Assembly: GCA_963807605.1 (NCBI GenBank)
Contig: CAWECG010000003.1
Location: 736,001 to 800,000, forward strand
Length of the DNA: 64,000 nucleotides
Direction: 5' to 3'
Source of the DNA: Candidatus Bathyarchaeota archaeon
GTDB lineage: Archaea > Thermoproteota > Bathyarchaeia > 40CM-2-53-6 > RBG-13-38-9
Shown in pieces: positions 10,716-20,197 of this stretch. A program made the position numbers and the translations under genes. Position 1 is the stretch's first letter. Every line of letters begins with the position of its first letter. Below the pieces are notes generated by a model, which worked only from the letters and a program-made list of their open reading frames with translations, ran no database searches and was not told the origin of the DNA.

Positions 10716-11054
10716 GTGGTGAACAAAAGAAATCCAACCAGAGAAACAATAACAATACACGTAGTGCTAAGGGGAAAATTAAAAGAGTGACTCTCAAAAC
10801 TCAAAGACATGGGACTCGTAACAACCAACACAGACGCAGTATCACAGGGCATAATTCTGCTCTATGAGAGACACGCTGACAAGATAAAAGAACCAGAAAC
10901 AAGTAGAAACATGAGAAACCCCCTGGCACCCTACCCTAGTGGATTAAACATGTCTAACACTACATATGTAGTACTGTATTACATATGTAGAGCCTCTAAG
11001 CATGTAGCCTGTCGGAATATTCGGACTTTACACTCAGACAGCCAATTTGTTTAG
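10716..11054 (+). pseudogene. Ribbon-helix-helix-like regulator interrupted by an in-frame TGA (10788-10790)
   Basis: MVNKRNPTRETITIHVVLRGKLKE*LSKLKDMGLVTTNTDAVSQGIILLY reads as strand-helix-helix across the stop. Confidence 0.55.
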
Positions 11055-11127
11055 GTTCTAAGGTTTTGAATGCTAGGATGTCTAGGGTCTAAGGTTGTGA
11101 ATGTGTCCAAATTAAGATGCTCTCACC
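11010..11127 (+). repeat. Non-coding direct repeat of about 120 bp, copy 1 (copy 2 at 29542-29663)
   Basis: 76 bp identical core (11027-11102) plus near-identical flanks; internal tandem TAGG(T/G)TCTAAGGTT(T/G)TGAAT. Confidence 0.95.
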
Positions 11128-11359
11128 AGCTAGGGACACACACAGACAAAAAATAGTCTGCTCTAACGGTTCAAATTAGGGTGATCTCACTAGCTAGGGG
11201 GGATAGAATCTGGCTGTTTTGTGTGCTCACGTGGATGCTGGTTTTTTGACGTGGACATCCACATGGACATTTCTGGAGTGAATAGCGCACGATCCCATTA
11301 CTTAAGACCAAGATCCACAACGGATTTATTGGAACTTAGGCATTTTCTGTCGACGGTAC

Positions 11360-11950
11360 ATGACTCAGGTTTTCATGTCCCACACCAAGCTAGACAAAGA
11401 ATTCTGTAATCTATTCGATAACGCGTGTGCCCGCGTCGGCATCAAAGCCTTTCGATCTGAGTTTGAGACAATTCCGCTACCTGCATGGGAGACCATTCGC
11501 GATGAAATTAGGAGATCGTCGGCGATGTTCCTCCTTATCGGGAGGGAGTTGGTAAATATGCAAGAGAAATCATGTCGCGAGTCCGAAGCAGGACGGACTT
11601 GGAAACATACTCAAAACTGGATTGTTTACGAGGTTGGCTTAGCATGCCAGCAAGGCATAGATGTCTGGGTTCTATGCGACAATGTTGCAATCAATTTTCC
11701 GGTCCCTTACTTCAATCATTATCAACCTTTCGCAGGTGACATAAGATGGCTAAAAATGGTTCTTGACTAGTACTTAAGGGACATAGAAAACACGCCTCCC
11801 TCTCTGCGGCCATGGTCAAGTCCATATGTCCGCATATTCAAACATCTCAATGAAGCTTGCGAAATGGAATTCGCCTTTTGGGCATATGATCACTCTCGAC
11901 CGTTCGAGGTTCGGTGCCCGCAATGTCTAAAAATTATGAGGTTTGGATAA
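11360..11950 (+). pseudogene. TIR-like domain plus C-terminal zinc ribbon, in-frame TAG at 11768-11770
   Basis: VFMSH..., NWIVYEVGLA (TIR catalytic Glu region); the frame continues after TAG to ...CPQCLKIMRFG*. Confidence 0.7.
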
Positions 11951-12236
11951 GTGCGCTCTTCTGAGCATACGGAGATCTTATCCTGCAAATAGCTATGGCT
12001 CGTCTTTTTTGCAGACTCAACAGTTCGACTCGATTCGATATCGCCTCCTTGGAATAGGCCTTAGGAAATCGGGGGTTGAGAAAGCTGTTTGGTCTTGTTT
12101 CTTTCGATTCGCATGGAGAAGCTTCTAGACGCTCTCGAACTCCGTGTAGGCGCCAGGCTTGCGCCGGTAGAGAAAGAGAAGACATCTCCTTGAGCCTAGC
12201 GCTGCAGAACTCTCGACGTCTAGTTGTTTCTCAAGG

Positions 12237-12413
12237 TTAAGCTGGTAGAGTTGTTTCAGAGCTTGTGGGATCCCTTTTAAGATAATAGTAGCAGACGGTC
12301 ACATCTTTGCCTGCAGCTATTCCTTTCGGGCAGTAGGCGCGGGTATGCTGGCAGGTATCGCAGAGAGTCAGGGTTAGCATCTCCTCTTCGATTTCTTCGG
12401 CCTCCCCATCCAC
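12237..12413 (-). CDS. Small Cys-containing hypothetical protein
   Basis: LCDTCQH...CPKG...VC pattern; start uncertain. Confidence 0.35.
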   Translation of the reverse strand: MDGEAEEIEEEMLTLTLCDTCQHTRAYCPKGIAAGKDVTVCYYYLKRDPTSSETTLPA

Positions 12414-12833
12414 CTGTGATCCATAGACAAAGAGATTTGCAGTCCAGAGCCCACATCTTGCAGGATTCAGTGATAACACTTTGCATAAGAGTCCAGCCAA
12501 GCAGCGCCGTGACGATCAACGGCTCGAACTCACCCTGCTACGCAGAGACATGTGGCGCCACGCACACAACGATAAAGACCGGAAAGAAGTCGTAGCAGCC
12601 AGCGACTATAGCCTGCATCCAAGGATCCCAACCGTTGCGGCGACGTTCTGGTTCAAGCTTCAGGTATGCGCATCCAGCCCTGACCACACCCTACCCAGCA
12701 CCGCCCACGGATCCGTACAGCCGAGGATCCTGGACTGAACTGATTGATAAGCTGCCTAAGAGAAAGAAGGATAAGGATACTTCAGTCATTTAGGTTATAC
12801 TGCCTTGCTCTACGGAGACGTGAGGTGAGAAAA

Positions 12834-12991
12834 ATGCCGAAATGTGCAAAGTGTGGAAGCGAATTAGTTAGTGACAAAGACATGGTCGGTCAAGAACCTA
12901 AAATCGGAATGGGGAAAATCCGCCTGAGAGAAAACAGTACAGGTGCATGAACGAGAAATGTGAATTACGAAATTATCCTCAGTCAGGATGA
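12834..12991 (+). pseudogene. Zinc-finger microprotein, apparently frameshifted
   Basis: GAGGTGA RBS, MPKCAKCGSEL; second half YRCMNEKC is in another frame. Confidence 0.45.
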
Positions 12992-13556
12992 TTGATCTCT
13001 GTGAGGGTCTGGCTTTATCCTTCTTACCTTCAGAGGGCTGGAACTCTTCGAGCATTTTTTCTATTTGCGTTCTTAGTTTGTCTCTGGTACCGTCGATTAG
13101 TTTAAGCCAATCATCCTGCCACTTCTTAATTCGGCGCGATGTTTCGAGCTCGCCTGATTCCTCTTGTTTAGGGATAATAGATTCTTTGAGAGGGTCAGTC
13201 ATTAGAAGATAATTGAGCTGTGGACCCAACACAGCGTCATACAAAGTAATTAGCTCATTCAGGTATCTAATTCGTATGCGTATATCGGTCATCGTCTTGG
13301 CCAAGTCTGGACGATGCAATGCCAACGCCACAGGGTTTAATGGCCTATCATCATAGGTCAGCTTGGCCAAATGATATTCGTGAATCTTCAGCAGATCCAC
13401 ATTGGCTGTCATGTCGGAGATCCATGCTGAGATTAGTTGTTTTCCGAGTTTCTTCTCTTTCCGTGATTCAAAAACAAATTCTTTCAGACCAACAATTATG
13501 AAAGCAACGACTGCTGAGATTAACGCGGATAGAATAGTTACGTTGACCGCGTCCAT
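12864..13556 (-). CDS. Hypothetical protein with N-terminal TM helix
   Basis: 230-aa ORF with a hydrophobic N-terminus; the C-terminal tail overlaps the opposite-strand remnant. Confidence 0.6.
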   Translation of the reverse strand: MDAVNVTILSALISAVVAFIIVGLKEFVFESRKEKKLGKQLISAWISDMTANVDLLKIHEYHLAKLTYDDRPLNPVALALHRPDLAKTMTDIRIRIRYLNELITLYDAVLGPQLNYLLMTDPLKESIIPKQEESGELETSRRIKKWQDDWLKLIDGTRDKLRTQIEKMLEEFQPSEGKKDKARPSQRSIILTEDNFVIHISRSCTCTVFSQADFPHSDFRFLTDHVFVTN

Positions 13557-13708
13557 TCGAACCCAAGCTGTCTTATCCTTTGTGTGTAAGTTAGCTTTTC
13601 AGTTTTCGCATCAGGACCTTGCGGTTGGTGAGCTAAAGTCCGCCGTTTACCTTGTATCATGCCCTTTTATCTGTCACCTGAGCTCTGACCTATAGAAATG
13701 GTGCAATC

Positions 13709-14491
13709 ATGTCTGGGAAGATATTAGAGCGCTTGGTCTCCTGGCTGCGAGATCTCAGAAGAAGGATCAGGCGTCTTGATGTGTTCACTTGTGTTTCCGT
13801 TGTTGTAGTGCTTGCATTTTTTGGCTACTTCCTACTTGCCAATTTAAGCGACTTTAGAAGCCAAGCCCAGATACTATTTGCATTCGCGTCTGTTTTACTG
13901 ACTATCGGCTTAGTCTATTCTAACCTGGTTCAACGTCCGGCGTCAAGATTTCTATCTATCTCGGTTGGACCTGTGGATCGTAATGATTTAGAGGAAGGAT
14001 ACAAGGCAACACTCTATGAGAGCCAACTTGTGACAGCCCCCCCTTTTCCTCCTGAATTAATCGAGTACAGGCTGATTCAACCTCATGCCAAAGTTGTCAA
14101 ATTCTTCCCTCGTGTTGTTCAGGAGATCCGATGTAAGACAACACCCCGCCAACTCAGAGTGGCGATCGACATCACCAATATCGGCCATTTCATGACAAGC
14201 ATCCATGAGTACGAAGTGGAGGAGTCTCCTGGCTCCAGACAGACCTACGTCGCGAGACTTGATCTTCCACACCAGAAACGGGAAACCCTGAGTCATGATT
14301 TTCCTAAAGAGGGGGGGTTGAGTCAGGGGTTCTATAAGATCAGGTTGACTGCAATCGCGGCCACGCAGGAGTTGTTGGAGACGGTGTGGCTGTGGATCTC
14401 GAAAGACAAGAAAACAATACGTTGGTGTAGCAAGAAGAACCCGCTGGAGAAATGTGCGCACATGTCAATTGTTAGTCCTCCTGTTCGATGA
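13709..14491 (+). CDS. Hypothetical protein, two TM helices plus a beta-rich domain
   Basis: 260-aa ORF with two hydrophobic segments. Confidence 0.65.
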   Translation: MSGKILERLVSWLRDLRRRIRRLDVFTCVSVVVVLAFFGYFLLANLSDFRSQAQILFAFASVLLTIGLVYSNLVQRPASRFLSISVGPVDRNDLEEGYKATLYESQLVTAPPFPPELIEYRLIQPHAKVVKFFPRVVQEIRCKTTPRQLRVAIDITNIGHFMTSIHEYEVEESPGSRQTYVARLDLPHQKRETLSHDFPKEGGLSQGFYKIRLTAIAATQELLETVWLWISKDKKTIRWCSKKNPLEKCAHMSIVSPPVR

Positions 14492-14641
14492 GCCGCTTAA
14501 CCTCAGATGCCCGGAGCTTCAGCCAGTCCCCAGCCGCTAGCGACCGTCTGCCGAAGAGAAAGAAGGATCCCTAGTAGATTGGTACGTTGTATCGGTCGTT
14601 CTCAAGAAGGCTTCTGATCTTCTTGACTACTGGCCACCGAT

Positions 14642-14670
14642 TGGTAGGTTCAATGGGATTTGAACCCACG
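14642..14670 (-). pseudogene. Degenerate tRNA 3' fragment (T-arm, acceptor strand, ACCA)
   Basis: Minus strand GTGGG TTCAAAT CCCAT TGAACCT ACCA; no matching 5' half nearby. Confidence 0.7.
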
Positions 14671-14759
14671 AGTCGTGGGAGTAATGACCATTGCAAAGCC
14701 AAGGTGTCCCACACCCGATGTTTGGGTTTCCCACACCCTCTCATAATGTTCCCTCAAAA

Positions 14760-14788
14760 TGGTGGGCCCGGAGGGATTCGAACCCTCG
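14760..14788 (-). pseudogene. tRNA 3' fragment with a GGGCCCG-type acceptor and discriminator A (Val/Ile/Met-like)
   Basis: Minus strand GAGGG TTCGAAT CCCTC CGGGCCC ACCA; no GGGCCCG 5' strand upstream. Confidence 0.8.
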
Positions 14789-15240
14789 AATATCGTGGGT
14801 TCTGGCTGCTCCCAGCGAAGCTTTGGAAGGTTTGGCAACCCCCGCACATTTTTTGGGCGGGGGTAAGGCTCTCCAAACCGCCGTTTCGGCAAGTTCGCCG
14901 CACCTCACCCTCCGCGTGCATCAGACTACCTCACAACATCCTAATACCGTTACCGAAGCTGCTGCTCGTCGGTGAGCAACTCCTTATCTTACCAGCCAGT
15001 CTGCACCCTCGAAAACCACTTCGCTGGAACTTGCTGGCTTGCGAGGGCAACCAGTGTGACAAAATCCAAATCTTAGCGTGAAGAGAATTCACTTAGATTC
15101 CAAGTTTGATTAAGTTCCCGGTCTCCAAAACCTCCAAATGCTCGGGGTGAAGCGTCAGCAGTCAAAACGAGTAACTGCTCAGACCACTTTGTCGCTGGCT
15201 ATCCTCCAACACCTTTTAGCACTCGATTGCCATAGTATGC

Positions 15241-15465
15241 GTGAGGATCAGCGATATGGGTAAGTTCAAGGAATTGCGCGATCAGCTCGACCAAGTTGAC
15301 AAGAGGCAGGAGAAGGCTGCTAGAGCATTTGCGACTAAACTAGATCAGCACGCTAGAAAAGTGAGCACGGACATTAACCGAGAATCGAAGAAAAATGCGC
15401 AGAGAATCGTTAAGCTGGAGAAACGTGTTGTCGATCTAGAACGCCGGTTGCGAAAAGCGAAGTAA
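15241..15465 (+). CDS. Small coiled-coil hypothetical protein
   Basis: Basic, heptad-like 74-aa ORF. Confidence 0.5.
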   Translation: MRISDMGKFKELRDQLDQVDKRQEKAARAFATKLDQHARKVSTDINRESKKNAQRIVKLEKRVVDLERRLRKAK

Positions 15466-15772
15466 CCAGGCCTATGGGCAGTTCATTGCTAAATAGGGTA
15501 ACGTCACGTTGTCGTCTGCTGCGTTTGCCTGTAAGTCGGCTGCTTGAAGAACAGTTCTAATCCTGCTCCCAGAACCGCCCCACAGTGATCGGATCGGGGG
15601 GATATTCAGTCGCCATGTTTCTTGCCAGCACATATCCAGTTGTTTCGACAAATTCAACCTTAGTAAATATGCCGTAAGCTTCTGCTGTCTCGCTAGGTCT
15701 TATATGCACTGCAGGCCGAATTCAAAAGCTTGGCTACTTGGGAGGGGGTGAGTCGGAAATGGAAGTCGAAAG

Positions 15773-15988
15773 TTGCCTTGTTGGGCGCGGGCTCTGGCGG
15801 TCGTGGTAGGGTTAGTTACGCTTGTGGCTGGATTCCTCGTGTTGGTGTTTCCAGCACTAGGTCTTCTCTTTGTCGTGTATATTCTAGCATTTGCACTGAT
15901 ACTCCTCGGCGTAGAGAGGCTTGGAATGGGTATCACGGGTCACGCCTACACGGTTACGGCTAAGAGTAAAGAACCAGCAAAAACCTGA
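15773..15988 (+). pseudogene. C-terminal fragment of a DUF308/HdeD-like membrane protein
   Basis: Two TM segments ending in GVERLGMGITG; no N-terminal part. Confidence 0.5.
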
Positions 15989-16088
15989 TGCACATCTATG
16001 CATTATCGGACCCTCCAGAGAACTCGTCGCTCTCCCATCCCTAATGTTTTGTCATCCTATCTACACCACTCACCATTTGTGACAGATT

Positions 16089-16260
16089 TCAAACGGAAAA
16101 CCGCAATGTGACTGCACCAAACTCGTCTACAAACTTTCTGGAAGGCAACGGCAACCTCTCATAGCGTGTCTTTACAAGGTACATCATTCCACTAATTGCC
16201 TGCAACGGATTACGCAGGTCATGCCCAACCATCGCCGCAGTACTCTGGCTAGTCTTCAAG
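16089..16260 (-). pseudogene. Histidine kinase H-box fragment
   Basis: AAMVGHDLRNPLQAI with no ATPase domain. Confidence 0.7.
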
Positions 16261-16567
16261 CTCGGCAAAGTAGCCGACGCATACACGGAGAAACTGAGAA
16301 CAAAGTAAGAAAAACAGTTCAAGAACCAACGACGACTCAAGACTGAGCTAGAGAGTCTTGGCCGCCCTCTATCATTTCTTTTTTCACACTCGCGAATTGG
16401 TGCCTTATTGAAATCAACAACCTCAGCCTGAGTAACTATGTTTCATACTGGCTATGACGAAGCATTGAGTGAACCAAGTCAGACGTTCGCCTTCAAGGTA
16501 AGGTCAGCTTATTCGGATGCTCTGCGACGATTCAAGTTCGCCGTAGTGCCTCTCTCTTGGTGGGGAA

Positions 16568-18115
16568 TCAGGTGTAGTCCAGAATGGTTGTCTTTTTGCT
16601 TGCTGTTCGTACTCCTGTCTGGCTGATGCGGTTGAGGATCGAACGCATCTTTTGCTCTTTGCGGAGGCTGCTCCAATAGTAGGCTTCGTCAACTGTGTCT
16701 TCAGCCATCAAGACTGTGACCTTGCCAATCCTGGTTCTTCCAGTTCTCCCCCTTCGCTGAATGGTTCGTATTTCGGATGGCACTGCTTCATAGAAGATGA
16801 CGTGGTCTACATCCGGAACGTGTAGGCCTTCTTCGCCTATGCTTGTGGTTACGAGGATATTGAACTTGCCAGATTTGAAGTCCTCCAACGTTTGCACTTG
16901 CTCCTTCTGGGATAGGCCTCGGCCGGAATCCTCGCCCGTTGCGTGGCCGACGAAGCGAACTGGGCGAGAGCCCTCCTGTTCTAGTCTCGTTACGATCAGC
17001 TCTACGGTGTCTCGATATTGCGTGAACACGATAATGCGACTGGTTTGATTCGACCTTAATTGTTCAATGATCAAGTCGGAGAGGACGTTCAATTTCGGAT
17101 GTGACGTGTGAATGTTATCGGTTAGCTGGATGGCTGTTTGAACTCGGGGATCTTTCAGCAGGCTTTTGATGGTTCGTTTAGGATTCTCCGACATGCGGCT
17201 GAAGTACTGCCTCAGGTTCTGGATGTCTTGCGTTTCAAGCAGTTCAATGCCGTGGAGCAGGGAGATGGCTTGCGCTTGCAGTGTTAGGGCAGCGAAGATG
17301 TAACCCGAACGTCTCTTCCGGAGCCTAATGATTAGCTGCTGTCTGAGGTCTAGGAGTAGTTTCTTTGGGATTAATTCAATGTTCGGGAGGACTTTCATGG
17401 ATTTGAGTTTCTGTATCTTCTCCTCGCTGACGCTTCTAAGTAGGCGGCTTACTTCCCGGTAGCTTTCGGGCAGCGGGACACGTTTCCAATCTATTACGAT
17501 TGAGTGAACGTAAGGTTGAATGTCCTCGTCGTATTCAGATCGGACTTCAACCTGTTTGATGAAGAGGTTCTCGCAGACCATCTGAATCTGCTCCTTCTTC
17601 CCCCCAGGTGAAGCGGTCAAACCAAGAATGAGCGGGTTAGTCGCAGACTGCTGATACTTCAAAGCGAGTTGCGTGTAATCATAGTCCTTCACGCATCTAT
17701 GCGCCTCATCGAAAACCATCAAACAGACATCCGAAAGCCCGTAACGGCCTGCTCGCACATCGTTCGCAATGACTTGCGGCGTGGCAAAGATGAAGTTGGA
17801 TTCAGCCCAGACCTTCTGCCTTCTATCAGCGGGTATCTGACCAGTTAAGTGATTGCAGATCGATTTAGTGAAATGGCTGCTGAAAACGGCATGATGCTGA
17901 ACCACCAGCGGTCTTGTTGGAGCCAGAACCACAACCTTACCGTCTGCCCGTTCTCCCACCCTCTTCTCAGCCACCAAGATCGCAATCACCGTCTTCCCCA
18001 AGCCTGTGGGCAACACGACGAGCGTGTTTGCTTTCGACGCTACCTCTGAAATGTGTATCTGGTACTCTCTGCTTTCCACGACGCTCAACCTCTCTTGGGA
18101 GAAGGACTCGTGCAT
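16568..18115 (-). CDS. Hef/FANCM-like DEAH helicase, helicase domain only
   Basis: REYQ, LPTGLGKT, FDEAHR, LTASPG, EEGL, IQRRGRTGR; no ERCC4 nuclease domain. Confidence 0.9.
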   Translation of the reverse strand: MHESFSQERLSVVESREYQIHISEVASKANTLVVLPTGLGKTVIAILVAEKRVGERADGKVVVLAPTRPLVVQHHAVFSSHFTKSICNHLTGQIPADRRQKVWAESNFIFATPQVIANDVRAGRYGLSDVCLMVFDEAHRCVKDYDYTQLALKYQQSATNPLILGLTASPGGKKEQIQMVCENLFIKQVEVRSEYDEDIQPYVHSIVIDWKRVPLPESYREVSRLLRSVSEEKIQKLKSMKVLPNIELIPKKLLLDLRQQLIIRLRKRRSGYIFAALTLQAQAISLLHGIELLETQDIQNLRQYFSRMSENPKRTIKSLLKDPRVQTAIQLTDNIHTSHPKLNVLSDLIIEQLRSNQTSRIIVFTQYRDTVELIVTRLEQEGSRPVRFVGHATGEDSGRGLSQKEQVQTLEDFKSGKFNILVTTSIGEEGLHVPDVDHVIFYEAVPSEIRTIQRRGRTGRTRIGKVTVLMAEDTVDEAYYWSSLRKEQKMRSILNRISQTGVRTASKKTTILDYT

Positions 18116-18210
18116 GCTAGAGTGGGTGAGTCACATTTTGCTTTGGCTCTCCTGAACTCACTCAACCGTTAGTTTGCTGGAACTATTGATAGGAACTATC
18201 GCAAATACTG

Positions 18211-18891
18211 TCAAGGCTCATGGAAACAGTCCTCCACAAATTGCTTGACCTTCGTGGAGGCATCAGGCTTGATCGGGGGACCGTGACCTGGGAGAAGACA
18301 GGCGTAGGACAATCCCGAGATTTTCCTGATTGACTCCTTCGCTCTTTCCAAGTCAAGGGTCATTGGAGGAAGTCTAAGAGATCCGCTTTCTGTTGTTCTA
18401 AGAGCATCCCCGACGAGTAAGGCTTCGCCGGGAATGTACACTGAAACGCTTCCATCAGTATGACCCGGAGTGTGGATTATCGTCACGCCGTCTATCTTGT
18501 CGGAATCTTTCAAGAGCACGTCTGGCTTGACTGGACTGAATCTTATGAACACGCCCATGACCTTGAGAACGAGCCCTACGGCGCCTTTGACCTCCTTGAG
18601 CTTCTTCTCCCCGGAGAGCCTGGGTGCATCAGCTTCATGAATAGCGACTTTGGCATTCGTCAGCTCCTTCAGCTTTGCAACGCTTCCCGAATGGTCGATG
18701 TCTGGATGTGTCAGAATTATGGTGCTTATTGATGAGGGCTCAATGCCCAAGCGTTTTGTGTAATCTAGAATCCTCGCATCGTTCCCAGGCATTCCAGTAT
18801 CCACGATTATGGCTTCGTCTTGGGAATGAATGAGATACGAGTTTGCGCCTCTGACACTCGGTATAAGATGGATACCTTTTGCTACTTCCAT
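18211..18891 (-). CDS. Metallo-beta-lactamase fold hydrolase
   Basis: THPDIDHSG, TPGHT, GD, PGHG. Confidence 0.9.
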   Translation of the reverse strand: MEVAKGIHLIPSVRGANSYLIHSQDEAIIVDTGMPGNDARILDYTKRLGIEPSSISTIILTHPDIDHSGSVAKLKELTNAKVAIHEADAPRLSGEKKLKEVKGAVGLVLKVMGVFIRFSPVKPDVLLKDSDKIDGVTIIHTPGHTDGSVSVYIPGEALLVGDALRTTESGSLRLPPMTLDLERAKESIRKISGLSYACLLPGHGPPIKPDASTKVKQFVEDCFHEP

Positions 18892-18984
18892 GTTTCAGCC
18901 CGTCTCTCAATGTCTTAAGTTGAGTCGTGCTTCCTTTTCAGACTTGTGAATCCAAGGAATCTGAAAGCCGGGTTGTAGTTATGG

Positions 18985-19559
18985 ATGGACAACCGGGAGA
19001 TAGCCGATTTCGTAAGGAAGATGAAACCTACCGATCATGTCGTCATGTTCTATTCAAAACCTGAAGACAAGCGTGAAGTGTTGTTCACTTTCCTCAAGGC
19101 TGGCTTGGATCAAGGTAAGGCGGCTGCATACGTGGCAACGCAGGAGTCTCCGGATGAGATCAGGCATGCTATGCAAGCTTTTGGCATAGATGTAGGGCAG
19201 CTTGAGAACCGGGAGCCTTGCACGTTTTCTCATACAAGGACTTGTACTTCAAGGGAGGCAGCTTCAGCATACCGAACGTGATGGGTATTTGGAAGACGCT
19301 CTATGCAGATGCCACAGCGAGGGGATTCAAGGGATTCAGGGCAGCGGGGGAGATGGCATGTTTCTTCAAGGAGAAGGCGCTGGAGTTTGTCGAGTATGAG
19401 AGGGCGCTTGGTAGGGCATTTAGTATGCCTTTGGAGGGCATCTGCGCCTATGACTCGAACTATCTAGTCGACAAAGGAGAACTCTTCCTAGACCTGATCA
19501 AGGCGCATAGCTCTGTAATCATCACAGGCCCGACGAGCGGCGTCGCAAGCAGCATCTGA
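18985..19559 (+). pseudogene. MEDS sensory domain protein, frameshifted near 19205-19218
   Basis: DHVVMFY..FLKAGL N-half and RAAGEM..EYE..ICAYD C-half are in different frames. Confidence 0.75.
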
Positions 19560-19561
19560 CA

Positions 19562-19730
19562 GCCATCCTTACTGTACCGCCTCCTCCGTCCGCAAGACCG
19601 GTCGGCGGCGTCGTGGAACCCGTCAACAAACTTACACTTCTCACACCATATTTGGTCGTCTTCGGAGTGGTCGCGGCTGTTGCAGTCGTCATCGTGACGG
19701 ATAGGAAACGCAGAAAACTCACAAAACATA
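19562..19730 (+). pseudogene. Orphan C-terminal membrane anchor (PVGG-type) of a surface protein
   Basis: Manual translation VPPPPSARPVGGVVEPVNKLTLLTPYLVVFGVVAAVAVVIVTDRKRRK. Confidence 0.6.
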
Positions 19731-19994
19731 GTGGCCCACGTGATTCACCCGAAAGATCACATAGTAATAATGGCTGCAGTCGATGAGCACGGAACCTTCA
19801 ACCTTGATACAGTCATGAATACTGTTGTGATCGATGATACGTTTCCAATTCACTATCTCAATGCGATCATGAACTCAAAACTGACCTCCTGGTTCACTTA
19901 CGTCTTCATTTACAACGTCTACCTCACCATAAGAGAATGGCATATACTGACTTCAGAGATGCAAAATGTCAGAGGAGGCGGCACCTCTCTCTAA
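19731..19994 (+). pseudogene. Fragment of a type IIG / TaqI-like restriction-modification specificity domain
   Basis: LDTVMN...YLNAIMNSKL..WF pattern. Confidence 0.5.
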
Positions 19995-20197
19995 TAGCTC
20001 CAAGATACACACTAGCCCCCCCTACGGGATTCATTAGGGTCTATAAGAATGATACCACACAATAATTGAGGGCTTTTCTGAAACGAGGTACAGCATGCGT
20101 GATTGCTGTTAGCGATATCATTGGAAAGCGCAGAGAACAGAGTGCTGAGAGCGTACTCTAAAACAGATTCAATAGAGACGCTCTTGTAGTACAAGGT

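Noticed and set aside
14760-14845. Functional 86-nt tRNA gene
   Set aside because: The acceptor strands (GCGGGGG vs CGGGCCC) do not pair, the D-loop GG is missing and there is no 7-nt anticodon loop.
14870-14930. Hammerhead ribozyme, from CTGATG and CGAAAC on the minus strand
   Set aside because: The core is CTGATGC rather than CTGATGA and no consistent stems I-III can be drawn.
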